Positions 38,838-51,533 of a stretch of DNA of 64,000 nucleotides are shown piece by piece. Source of the stretch: Adineta vaga. Lineage: Eukaryota > Animalia > Rotifera. The notes below the pieces were generated by a model, which did not search any database, was not told the origin of the DNA, and saw only the letters and a list, made by a program, of their open reading frames with translations. The stretch lies in NCBI GenBank assembly GCA_021613535.1, contig CP075495.1:9796001-9860000 (forward strand), given 5' to 3'. The position numbers and the translations under genes are program-made. How positions within the stretch are numbered: the first letter of the stretch is position 1; each line of letters starts with the position of its first letter.

Positions 38838-41800
38838 TTAATATAAACTGTCGGTCGCGAAGATGATGAGGATGACAGCCGACGATAGGACGACTATTTA
38901 AGAACGCCAATGTTGAGTCTAGATGTAAATTAAATGGGAATGTTTGCTTCATTCAATAATCGCCAATATATGTATATATATATATATAACTTATCTAAAA
39001 AAGAATCCTTTTATTTATATGTAGTGCGAATTAATAACAGTTTGATGCTTGAATGATTTCTTCTCTTCTCTTTCTCTTCACATTTCAATAGATAACGGTA
39101 TCTAATACTACCGGAAATACGATCACTTTTCATCTTATTGCTAAATTCTCTTTTTTTTTCTACACTGAAGATTACTTATCTGTATGTTTATATATCGATG
39201 ATATATTTTTGAAAATGAAAACGAAAATAACTTCCAAAATGACTAAAATTACGCTATTGATTTCTAGAAATCATCGATGACCAAAACAAGAATATGATAT
39301 TATTGATTACCTAAATGCTTAGTATATTATATTTATATAGCAAGAATAACTGTCAAATCAAATCAAATCAGATTTGTAATTTTCTTTTCTTCGTTCTTTC
39401 TCTTTTTTTCTTTCTTTCCTTCTTTCTTTCTTTCTTTTTTTTTCGATATTTGCATTTATTTACCTCATCAAACCAAACTACTTCTACTTAAGACTCACCT
39501 ATATTTATACAACATAATAGCAGACTGGTTTATTAATTATCGTTTCCCTTTCATGCCAGATTACTTTCTAAGTGCTGTAAAAATATCTATGTTCCCTGTT
39601 TCATATTCAAAAACAAAATAAGTAAATAAATAACGCACACACATGTACGATTGGAGATGAATGATTTTAGAAAATTATTTTTGCTTCTTATTTATGTTAA
39701 TTATCTGAAAAGAAAAACAATATTTGAAAAAATCGAATGATGATATGGATGAAATTGGTAATATTGTTTTGTTAGACAAGAGAGAGAAGAGAAAAAAACG
39801 TGAGAACGTCAGAATATTAACTGATAATTAAGAATATTTTTTATATCGTTATCGAACGAACTGTATAAGAAAAAAAACTGAAATCTAACAAGAAATTCTC
39901 ATACCTATTTCTATGTTGAATTTTGCGTTTAATCTTTTAATCAGATGTCAAAATCTAAGACATGAGAATACAAACACGTACTCTTGAATAGAAATATTTT
40001 ACCATAGAAAGATTCGATTCCTTCATTCTTTCTTTGATAGAAAAAGAACGCACAAATGAAGGTTGTACCATCTTGTCTTGGATGCCCGGAAGAGCACGAA
40101 TACAATCTTGTTCTACAAGTAATTCGATGGAAAGATGGAGCAAGCACTCAGATATTTATATATGAATGAAAAGAAGAAAAAAAACTATTCCTTTTTTTTT
40201 ATTTTTTTTATTTTATTAATCAAGATAATTATTCTTTTCGAAGATAGATTATTTTCTTAATTAAGAATCTATTCAATATAATCATGTTAGATTCTCCAAT
40301 CAATTAACTAAGAAAAAAGAATCAAAACTCTTGAATAGATTTCATCAATTTAGTTGATGAATGAAGAACAAATCTTTAATATTTATTTTCATTGAATTTA
40401 TTTGATTAGAAATGGAATTCTTTGGTTTGAAAGATTTTATTAAAGTCAGAATGTCTATATGAAATGTTTATTCTACATTAAACAAGCCGAAGAAAAAACA
40501 CGCACATTTTCCTGACTAAGAAGAAATCAATCTTCGCATTAGGTTTTTTTTTTTCTTCTTCTTTTTCGTCTATTTATAGACATTCTATTGGATACATATA
40601 TCAAATACTAGCAATCGTTGTTAGCATAATATATGGAAAAAAAAAATTATTTAGAAATTTCCTTGTGATTTTTCTTTCGAATGAATAGGAATAAACGTTG
40701 AAATCTTACACATTCATGTCTTTTGTTAAAAGATTAGAAAAATGATTAAACATACGCAAAAAGAACTACCTTTCTTATTTAGATAGAAAATCCTTTCATA
40801 AACAGATTATGCAGCTCATTTACTTAGTTCAGTTTTTTAAAAAAGAAAAAAAAATAACCTAAAAAACAATAGTGTTGATATATTTACCATAGTTTTTCAT
40901 TGTGCATGATCGATTACACCAAAATGAAAAAAATGTGAATGTTGACGAAGAGTAATGATCACGATGAGAAGATGTGATATATATGTATATAATAGTATGA
41001 CTAACACGAGTGCAATCAGCTGAAAAGGAAGGTTATATCTAGAACAATAATACTAGTAGTAATAATCATTATAATTGAAAGAAAGTAAAAATAACAACAA
41101 AACAATTTTTCTTCTCTCTCTCTCTCTCTCTCTTGAATCAATTTACGCACAAGTTTAAAAATGACAACAGTAAGTGTGTTGCTTGCACTGGCAAGTTTAA
41201 GTATCAAAATGTTTTTTAACGAACTTATTTTGAAAAAAAAGAAGAAAAAAATGAGAGAAATAAGCTTTTTAAAAGAAAAAAAAAGACTCCTCAGTTACTA
41301 TTATACCTTTCCTGCTGTGTACGTCATTATAGTAAAACTTTAGCAATGATGGTAATAATAACTGTGGTAGTCTTCTTCTATTCTGTGATCTTTTGTTATT
41401 TTTGTTTTTGTGGCTGTTGTTGTTGTTATTGTTGTTACAAGAGACACTTATTCGACACGAAGAATAATCAATGTTCGTGTCGGTTGACGTGTGAGATGTT
41501 ACAAATGATGAAGATGGGAACGAATTTTATATGAACAACTTGAAAGCGGCTAATTTTACATGAGTATAACTCAAATATCGTTTGTCAACTTGTTAGTTGT
41601 GAATGTCTTATGTGCTCATTCTATATGGAAGTAGAATCCACGTGTTTGAATCGTTATTCTTCAGCTATTGCTCGATATGACGAGAGATCGACAGGAGAAC
41701 AAGTAGAAGAAAAAAGGAGAAGAAGAAGAAGAAGAGAAAATTTGTCGTTGCCGTCTAGAACTGTGTGTTGTCGAGTTGTTACAACAATTAGAAGAAGTTT

Positions 41801-44161
41801 TCTTTCTTCTCTTTTTCTTCGTCTTCTTCATCTTTATATTCTCTTTCTCCCTTCGTTCTTCCTTCAATCTCTTTTTAGCTCTATTACTGTGTTTGTGGCA
41901 GCGGCCAATTTGAATGCATGACCAAGTTCGGGCGAGCGAACACAGCTTGAAGAGAGAGAAGAAAACATGCGTCAGCTCTACTAGTATCGAGAGAATAATG
42001 ATGAATGTTTGCAGGACAGAGAAGTAACAAAGACTGCTAGATTTAAAGAAGAAACGACAGCGATGAAGAAGATAAGATTGATTTTGGGGCCAAGCAAGAT
42101 GCTTAATGTATGCACTTGGCAATCAATGTATGCGACCACTACGTTTGCTTCTGTAACAACAACAACGACGACTAGTTTCCTTTTTCCTTCCTTTTCACTT
42201 TGCACTATGGTAATAATAACAACGGTGCCAATTTTTATTCGTTAACCAAACGCAGCACTCTGTATTCTTTTTTATTTGCATGTGCACATAAAGTTACATA
42301 CGTCAAATACATTTATCGCAAGATAAACTTCCATATGAGATTGCCAAGAAAAAGTACATCATGACCAAGAAATTTCTACTCATATATCATATCTTTCTAT
42401 CTATCTTTTCATTTCATTCAATATCCACAACGATACTATTAACAATCGAATCATCATTCATCTAGTTTTTTCTTTCTTTCCTTCTACATTGCACTTTTAA
42501 TAACCGAGAAAGAACTCACTAGAGACAAATATGTAACAAATATTTTTCAACAACTCATACTTATTTTCTCTTCTATCTCAAACATCATGAATTTATCAAT
42601 AAGATACAAATAAATATTAGAAATAATCAAGATTAAATGAATAAAAAAAGTATGCAAAGTTAACTAAGCAGAATAAAAACTAATATCACAATTATAATCA
42701 TTAAAACACTCATATCTGCATGTTCATTTGAACATCTGACATCAAGATCTGACACAAATCAATGAAAGGTGCCAACATTCTTGAACAGAAAGACAATATC
42801 GAAAAAAGAATGTTAAACATTTTTCAATGTTACCATTAAATAAGAAGAAAAAACAATATTAATATCTAACAATTTTCATCTTGAGACAATTCATTAAATT
42901 TCTGTTAGGAATTATTCATATCTCAAATATTGAATAGTTAAATTTCTTTTTGTATTGATTCTTAAATATTTTACACATGAAAATAAATTTCTGGGAAAAG
43001 ATTTTTATGCATTATATATATTTTACACTATTTGATTATAAATTATAAACTAGAATTTTATTAATAAGTTCTAGAATATTCCAAAACAGGTATAATTACT
43101 AGTTATTTGTAATATATGTCATTCGATATATAAGCAGATGTAATAACTATCCTCATGAATGAACGACGACGAAATAAGAAACATTACAGTAAGGAAAAAT
43201 ATCATATACACATATCTTGACAGAGTACCTAATTTTTTTTCTCAAGGATAAAATTTTATATCTATCTTCTTTTTCAAAACTATCCTTTTCTTTCTAAATT
43301 TAGATATTCCGTATATAGTAAATAACTTACGATGACGAAGAATAGATGAATTCCTTGTGTACTTTTCAAACGGATACTACAGGCGAACGAATGCCAATGA
43401 TGATTATTTCAAAGCAAGAGATGAGAACTCTCTTTTTCTTATTCACGATGTCTGACTAACATCAAGCTTCCGGCTGTGGCCCTACTTCTCTTTTCTTTCC
43501 TATGCTAGCAAGTCTTCCAACAACAGCAAGATATTATTGAAAACTCATTTTCTCCTTTTCTTTCACTATGAAAGAATTCTTTCGTGTTCTTCCTGTTCTA
43601 TCAAAACAAGTGAAAGCATCGATGGTGTTCTAATTTGTTCAACTTCACTAATTTTCATCACTGTTAGTGTCTGTAAATATATAAATCTTTGCATATATTG
43701 TACTACTGTAGTGAAATATTGTTAGCAAACTTAGTCGAAGAATTTCTTTTTACGATTGACATAAACTTTTAATGTTTCTTCTGACTATTAACATATTCAA
43801 TATTAACAAACGATTAATTTAAATTTAAAATCGTTTAAAACATTTATTATTTTCTATGATAGTCATTTGGTGTTATAGATATTCTTTTATTTTCCTATTT
43901 GCATGATACTTGCAACATATTATTAAACTGATGCCACAAATTGTGATTATCGTTAACATCAACAAGAATGAATAACAATTAAAAAACAGACCTTTCAAAA
44001 CATTTTCTAACAATCCATAATAATAAACTTACTCGGTCAGCATACAAACAATAACATAAATATATACAGATTTCTTTTGCTCTTTTCTTTTCTACATGTT
44101 GACAATTTTCACCACCATACTTTCTATAACTCTCTACTTACGTTCTTTCTCTCCCTCTCTT

Positions 44162-44193
44162 TCGCTCGCTCGCTCGCTTGCTTGCTTGCTCGG
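44162..44193. repeat. Compound (TCGC)n(TTGC)n microsatellite in a CT-rich segment
   Basis: tcgctcgctcgctcgcttgcttgcttgctcgg. Confidence 0.8.
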
Positions 44194-47100
44194 TCTCTCT
44201 CTGTTTCTCTCTGATTCTTCAATGCAAAAACACAGCGTTGTGAAAGAAACATATGCAGTAATCGTAGAAGCGAATATCTATTTTTTGCTTCTTTTTCTTC
44301 GCATATTCTCGCTTTTGTCAAGCTCTCACTGAGAGAATTTAGTCGATGACGCTGTATAGGAAGTGATCGTCATAGAGGCGAGAGAGCGAAAGTCGTTTTT
44401 CTTTTCAAAAGCGTGCACAACCTCACATATACACAACACCAACTACCGCCACAGGCATCAATAGTAGAAGAAAAGCAAAGAAGTAGGAGAGAAAGTGAAG
44501 AAAAAGAAAAAGTATGTAAGGAAAATATATACACGCGTTTGTTTAAATTGACGAACAAAGAAGAGAAAAAAATCTAAAAGAAAATAGAAAGTATTTGTCG
44601 ATATTAATTGTTTTCTACTCGAAGTCGATTTTGAGCAATCGTAATCGTACGGAAGATGATGAACAAAAGAAAGAGAGTACCGAATGATTTTGTAGAAAAC
44701 ATAAAAGTATAAACATGTATTTCTTAGTTTAATAATTTTAGTCGAATACGCTATCAATAACAATTTTACTTATAAGAAAAAATTGAGATTAATATCGTTG
44801 TTTATCTATCGATAGATTCAAATAGAATCGATGATCAATTCAGGGTGCGAATATGCTCAGTCTATCGTCTCATGAGAATCATTTATCTTCTAGTTGTTAA
44901 TCGAACCCTTTACGAAAGCGAGAACGAGAGAAACTCTTAATTTTTCTTCTTCTTCTTCTTCTTTTTAGTTAGTAAAAACCTATATCTAGTGTATGATCAC
45001 ATCTCAGTCTTATCTCTTTGACAAGATCCGATTCGATTGTATTCATGGAAAATGAACCTACTTGATCATGCATAAAATGACAGATGGTATTCATTCGTCG
45101 TCCGTTCGTTTGCTCATCGATCGTTTCATTTCTATCCCTGTCATTTTGATTCCATTAGAAAGACAGCATGCACTTTGACTTAATCTCATTTTATTTGATG
45201 CCGTTCAAACATCTATACTTACGTTTGTGCTATTTTGGTCGATGCTTTCTCTTGCTTGTTCTACTTAAATTATGGATGCTTGTCGTCGTACTTGCTCGAA
45301 CATCATTTGACAAAAGAATTTTTTGTGCGACAGTAAGCGAACTGCATTTGTATAAGCATAATTGCGTTTTTTTTTCGCCAACTCATGTCGACAATAATAC
45401 ACTATGAAGAAAACTACAATTATTGCCTCGACCGTATATTTCTTCTTGTTGTGTATGAAAAACAAAATTGACAAAAATGTCAAACTACAACCAAACAAAA
45501 AAGAGAAAAAGATATAAATAGATCACTAACTTGACATGCTAATTAATTCACAGTCAATCAGTGTTCGAAAAAGATCTATATTTTCATCCATGCTCGTGAA
45601 ATAAGTTCTTTTCCAAAAAGATTATTATTAAATGGAATCAATCAAACAAATGATATTATCTTATCATTTACAAGAGATTTAGAGTAATGTCAATTGATAA
45701 ATAATTGAAATCGGATCAATGAAGCCTTACTTAAATGTCAACATATTTGTCTAAGATCGTATTTATCTTTAACGATATTTTCTTAACGTCTATTTTTCTC
45801 AGTGAGAAAACGAGCACTTCGTTTTTTGTTTATTTCTTTCTTCGACGTTTTTCAATCGAATAAGAAATGATTATAAACGATAGCATGATTAAATAAATGT
45901 ACGTAAATTGTAGAAGATTCAAGGCTACTTTTCACACGAGGGAATGTATTTGTATATGATTCTTTCCATTTCAATAATTACATTCTATGTTCCTATCCTG
46001 TAAGATAATATGTTCGTTTATCTGTTATCGAAAAAAACAGCCAATCTTCTTCAATTGATTAACTAGCCGTAGATGATTACATTTATAATCATCGTTTGTC
46101 AAACGAACTTTAAGAATAAAATTCTAATATAGAAAAGGAAAAAACCAAATCGTCAAGTAACAATAGTTTTGCTGTTGATCGATAATTTAATACAATACAA
46201 TACAATACAAGGATTTTGTCAAAATAAAAGTTAGACGAATCGATAATTGATTTTTTCTTTGATAGAGAATTAACTGAAAAACTTCAATTCAACTTGATTT
46301 CTTCCATAGTGATAAGATTTTTAAGTGACATATAATTGAGATTTTGATAAAGTAGTAGAACGAAGAAATGAAGACATGATTGTAAAGACATTCATTAAAT
46401 TACCCGACTGGTAGTATTTCCTAATAATAATCTGACATGAATGAATCATTTTGACAGTTCAATTAGCAGATAATGAGACACTCCTTTTACTTAAAAACTG
46501 ATTGAATAACGTCGAAATATAACATTAGATTTTACAGTCTTTTTAACTGGAGAAAAACAAAATAAGAAAACAATTTTTATATTCAAAATCTTTTCACTTT
46601 AATGATTTTATTGATTTATCATGACATACAGAACAATTCGAAGAGTAAATTAGGAGAATTCTTTTTAACATTATTGATTTATAAGAACAGTCTCGAACAA
46701 AACATTTCAAATTAATGAATTTCTAGGGAAGATATCAATCATCATTGATAAATGATTTCTTTTTTCTCAAGAATGCTATATATTTATTCTTCGATCATTC
46801 GGAAACTCGAAGGTGGTGTTTTTTGTTAATATTATTAAATAACAGATTCGTGTCAACGTCGGTGACGTTTTGTACTTTGTACCGTATCTCGCATGATTGT
46901 AAATTGAATTTATTATGTCCGCAGGTTATTTCCCGATTTGTTTTTCCATTTAACTAGAACTTTCCTAAAGACTATATGTAGATGAAAGTAACTTTCCGTG
47001 TGTTAACTGATCTATTCTTTGCCGGTAACTATAATAAACGGAAGGAATTCGGGCATTTACCATTCATATGACAATTGTATGAGAACTAGATTAATAAAAT

Positions 47101-48197
47101 CTAAATTATCTTAGTTAAACACAATCTCTCGTATGTTTTACAACTAGAAATTTGTATGACGACAAAATTTAAGTTCAAACAACTGATCGACTACGATGAT
47201 AATATCAAACTATTCTCTTACCTTACTTATAAGCGTGTTTCGAGGACACCTGTTCATTGGCATGGCAAAATCTAGTGATAATCATATGAGTCTTTAATAA
47301 ATAAGATCTTAGATATATTTCATACATTGAAATCATCGATGTTGTAAACTGACTTTAGTCTTTCATTCGTACTTAGTCGAAAAGAATCCGATTACTGAGG
47401 AAATGGATTATCATTGAGATTTTAAAGACTATTGTAGTTGCATTAGTAATCTTTTTGTAGATTATTTTAATTCTCTTATTGAAAAAAATAATTGTAATTT
47501 AAAATAACGATAAAGCTCCACTTTTCTTTATTGTCAAACAAAGAAATTGCTTTTCCGACTAATCATCACTGAAGGTAAAAGAAGATTTTCATACTTTCAA
47601 GGTAACAATATATAGAATTTATAGTTGAATGTGTAATGAAATTCAAACATACATAACTAAGAAATCAATGAATAGTAATTGTGAAAAAGTAACTTGATTC
47701 AGAATGATGTATTCAATCATTCTCATATGACATTGTCAATGTCGTTTTATTGGTAAAAGAACTGTCTCAATTATCGTATCAAAAGGAGAGTTTATACTCT
47801 CATTCGACATAGACCTTGTTAAGATTTACAAACGTCAAACAGATTGATTCATGTCTATTGAGTTTCATTGACTAATGAAAGATTATTTGACTATGATTGT
47901 CATCAAGGAAATTTTTTGTCTCAAATATTTCAAGTGAAAAACTTGTACTCGAACATCCTTCAATATGTTTGTTCATTTCACCACGATTCATTAACAATAA
48001 TAACAGAAAATCATCAGTTGTACGAAGGTTGAATTAACTCTGTCATGAGAAATATAAATAATGTGGCAAAAGTAATACCTTCAAATGCAATGATCTCGTT
48101 CAACAAATGAGTTCTGTTAGTGATAGTAGAGCAATGTTTGATTTCTTTTTTTGACAGTTTTTCTATTTTCTATAGAAGAAAAAGAGAGAAAAAAATG

Positions 48198-48227
48198 TAA
48201 CCTTGTCCTTGACCGGTTCCAAGGTCA
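48198..48227. promoter_or_regulatory. Cluster of NR5A/FTZ-F1/ERR-type extended half sites
   Basis: taaccttgtccttgaccggttccaaggtca contains CCAAGGTCA (+), TCAAGGACA (-) and CAAGGTTA (-) within 30 bp. Confidence 0.4.
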
Positions 48228-50923
48228 TTAAAATCTCATGAAACATTGTGAGGCTGTCTTCTTATATGAACGCATCGGGCTTTCCTCATTTGTTCTTCAA
48301 TGTCGGTTGGAATTCCATTAGTTCAGGTTATATGTCATTAATTTCAAGAAAAGAAACGACTCATACTAAAATATAGGTTCATGTCAAATAATTTGTCTTA
48401 TTCATATCCGCACGTTTGTCTCAATAAAGAATGAACCAATCTGTACTTAACAATTATATTATATAATAAGTCTCATTTCAATGTGCCTGTCATATATTTA
48501 ATGCAAATGTGTAAATTTAAAAAGAACGAATAGTTATCATTAGAAAAGATTGAACATGAAAACTTTAAGTAAATAAAACTGAGAAGAAAAGAAAAAAAAC
48601 GATATTCAATCATTCGAATGAACTAGATCAACTTCCGACTACTAGAAATATTTTTATATAGTTACTTTTTTTTCAAAAATCATTAAATAGAGTTTCTTTG
48701 AATACATTTTTTTTCCATATTTGCTTGTTAATACAAAGATATAATCTTTTTAAATTAACTATCTCCAATTCAATCTCATTTCCGTTTCTATGAATTCCTA
48801 CCGAGAGGTATAGTTTATCTCGTTCATTGTCTCGATTTCAAACAGTGCTACAAACATTGAAGCTTAATTTTGATGTCTAACTTTTTCTTAGTGTTTCATA
48901 CAATGATCAACGGTTCCATTTCCCTTTTTTTGCCGTCGGCGACTATCCTGTGTCATTATTCCCTTCAAATACGGTGACCGGAAATGCACACACGCGTATG
49001 TCTTCATATACGGTAATGACCATAGAAGCAATTAGTTGTTCCGACTAAACGTCTCATGGATAGAAGAAGAAGAAGAGGAAGAAGAAAAAAACGAGAAAGT
49101 TCAATGTCTACGATTCTCTTTAGGAACGCATTCATTTGAACTCAACAAAATTAGAGTAAAAAGCTTTTTGTCACCTATGTTCACTTCACGTATATATACA
49201 TATGATTTAATGAGGCATTCTCGTGTATATAAAATGTTTCTATCGATGTGTCTGACATAGGCAAAGACTTAGTATGGAACAAATTGTTTCTTCACCTTGT
49301 CAGATATATATATATATATGCAAAGATAAAATATGTTCGACGGACAATGTATAAGCAAATGATGATTATATAAGAACTAGTCAGGCAGACGATCTAATAT
49401 CTTTGGCTTTCATTTACACTCGTTTGTCGAGTGTTGAGCTGTCAGAGAGAGAACGAAGAAATCAGCTATGTATATCGATATATAAATATATATGTATATA
49501 TGATGTATAAGTAAGCAAGTGTGAAGTATATTCATATAATGAAAAAAAAAGAAAATATAGATGTATGTAACAAGTGAGACGTATAAAAAGATCCTCTTGA
49601 GAAAGTTATCAAATTCTTTATTGTGCGCAAAACAAGTGTTCCATAGTCGTTCGATCTTTCGACAAGCACTTGTACGTACATAAAGAAAAGAGAGAGAGAG
49701 AGAGAGAAAGAAAGAAAAGAAAACCTTTTCTTTGTCGATGAAGATTGTCCTTCGATGAGGGTATGTGTTCAAAACATCTGTTACACCACCCGAGAGCGAG
49801 GTATGTCGTAATTAGTGCTAGGCAAACTGTACAACTATAATAAGAGATAAACGATGGTAATATTGACAAACGCTAGCGAATCTGTGAAAACACATCATTA
49901 ACGTCGTATATCTGACTGACATTGCTCGTTATGCTGTTAAGAAACGAATGCATGATTACAGCGTATAGATAGAAAGCAATGAATAGACACAATCGGACAA
50001 ATAATCACAATAACGATTATGTGGCTACCATCTTTGTTACTACTGTGTGTGTTTTCACAAGCATTCTTCAAGTCTTCATCAATGAACAAAAGACATGATC
50101 ACTATTCTCTTCCATATGTGTATAAACACATACATTGATATATGTATGTGTCAATGTTTGCATCATCATGAGATTGTCTTGAAATGACAAATAAAAACAT
50201 CGACATAGTCTTCGATTAGAATCAGGAGCGTTCACCTGTATAGAAAATAGCAAAAACGGAAATGTCTATACAAAAAAGAAAGTATATCTAACATTCTTTG
50301 ATTAGACGCTAGATGAATAATTATCATTGTTAAAGAATTTTTTTTACTCTTCCTTCTCTTCTGTTATGTCGTCTCTTATTTTACGTAATCATCTCACAAA
50401 TGAGAGCCCATCATTGAGAGGTTGATACATATTTGGTGTATGACTCTTTTTCAAGTGCCAATTGGTGCTGTTTGATGCGTTGAATAATTCTATAAATGAG
50501 AATGATAATCGCTCTTCTCAAGCATAAAATCCATCTGTTGAATGTTGACTCTACTGATTCTTCATTTGATCATTGGACATTAAAGTTATAGACAAAGAAA
50601 AGGGAAAGTAAAATATAGTCTATGTATGAAAAGTCAATATCAAACACTTAAAGCTATAGTGAAGATTGTCATTTTCAAGTTTTCGAAAGGTGTGATTGTG
50701 TTCATATTCATTGAACTGATCAGAGGATGTCAATCATTGTCTTTGTCTTCTTTCTCATTTGACATGTATAAATGTATGAGCACACACACACCCTCAGTCT
50801 AGCGAAATTAGCTATGGCCTTCACAGAATATTTAGTGGCGGCTCGTGTGAACACTTTTTTTCTTCTTTCTTTCTTTTTTTTCTTGTGTTCATATTCGGTC
50901 ACCGCTCAAATGTGAAGAAAATG

Positions 50924-50937
50924 AGCGCGTATAAAAA
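50924..50937 (+). promoter_or_regulatory. Probable protocadherin core promoter (GCGCG plus TATA box)
   Basis: agcgcgtataaaaa, ~600 bp upstream of the ATG and followed by a purine-rich leader. Confidence 0.4.
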
Positions 50938-51533
50938 AAAAGAAGGAAGAGAGAGAGAAAAAAAGCAGCAAACAAGGAGGAGACAAAGACGAAGAAGGTA
51001 ACTTGAGACTAATAAGGACAGCTAGCAAGGAAAAGAGAGAGGTAATCAGTCGACCATTGAGTCTGGTGAGCGGAAAGGCTCATTTTTTTCAAGACACCGG
51101 TCAGATAGTTATAGCGCACGCGTGTCTCCACTCTCTTCCTTTCTTTGCTGGAAAAAAAGAAAAAAACTCGAATAAATATATAGTTTTTTTTCTTCTTGTT
51201 CTTCTTCTCCTCCTTTACGATGGTACCGCTATGAGTCTAAGTGTTAATTTTCTTCTCCCTCTTTCTCATTTTCTCTTTCTTTCTCTTTCTCTTGCGCTCT
51301 CCTCTTCTCTCCTTCTCTTCTGTCTGTATGTATGTGTGTTCAATATGTCGTATATTAATGAGGAAATCCTTTCCCTTCTTCCATCACAGATTGTTCCTGT
51401 TCACATACAAACATACATACAGTAATACAGTTGCTGATGACGATGATGATGATGACAATATTTACTCGTTTAAATTAGTCAAGCAAGACAATTAAGACAA
51501 GTATTGACAAGAAAGAACCATAACAACACAACA

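Noticed and set aside
41610-42245. Overlapping ORFs of 74-153 aa on both strands
   Set aside because: Low-complexity GA/CT-rich translations, several with non-ATG starts and no domains. More likely UTR or regulatory DNA.
44794-44807. 14-bp palindrome atctatcgatagat containing a DRE-like TATCGATA
   Set aside because: TATCGATA recurs in this AT-rich window, including inside introns, so there is no specific support for function.
51003-51495. 140 aa and 84 aa hydrophobic ORFs before the protocadherin
   Set aside because: The hydrophobicity comes from pyrimidine tracts and both start at non-ATG codons. Consistent with 5' UTR or intron sequence.
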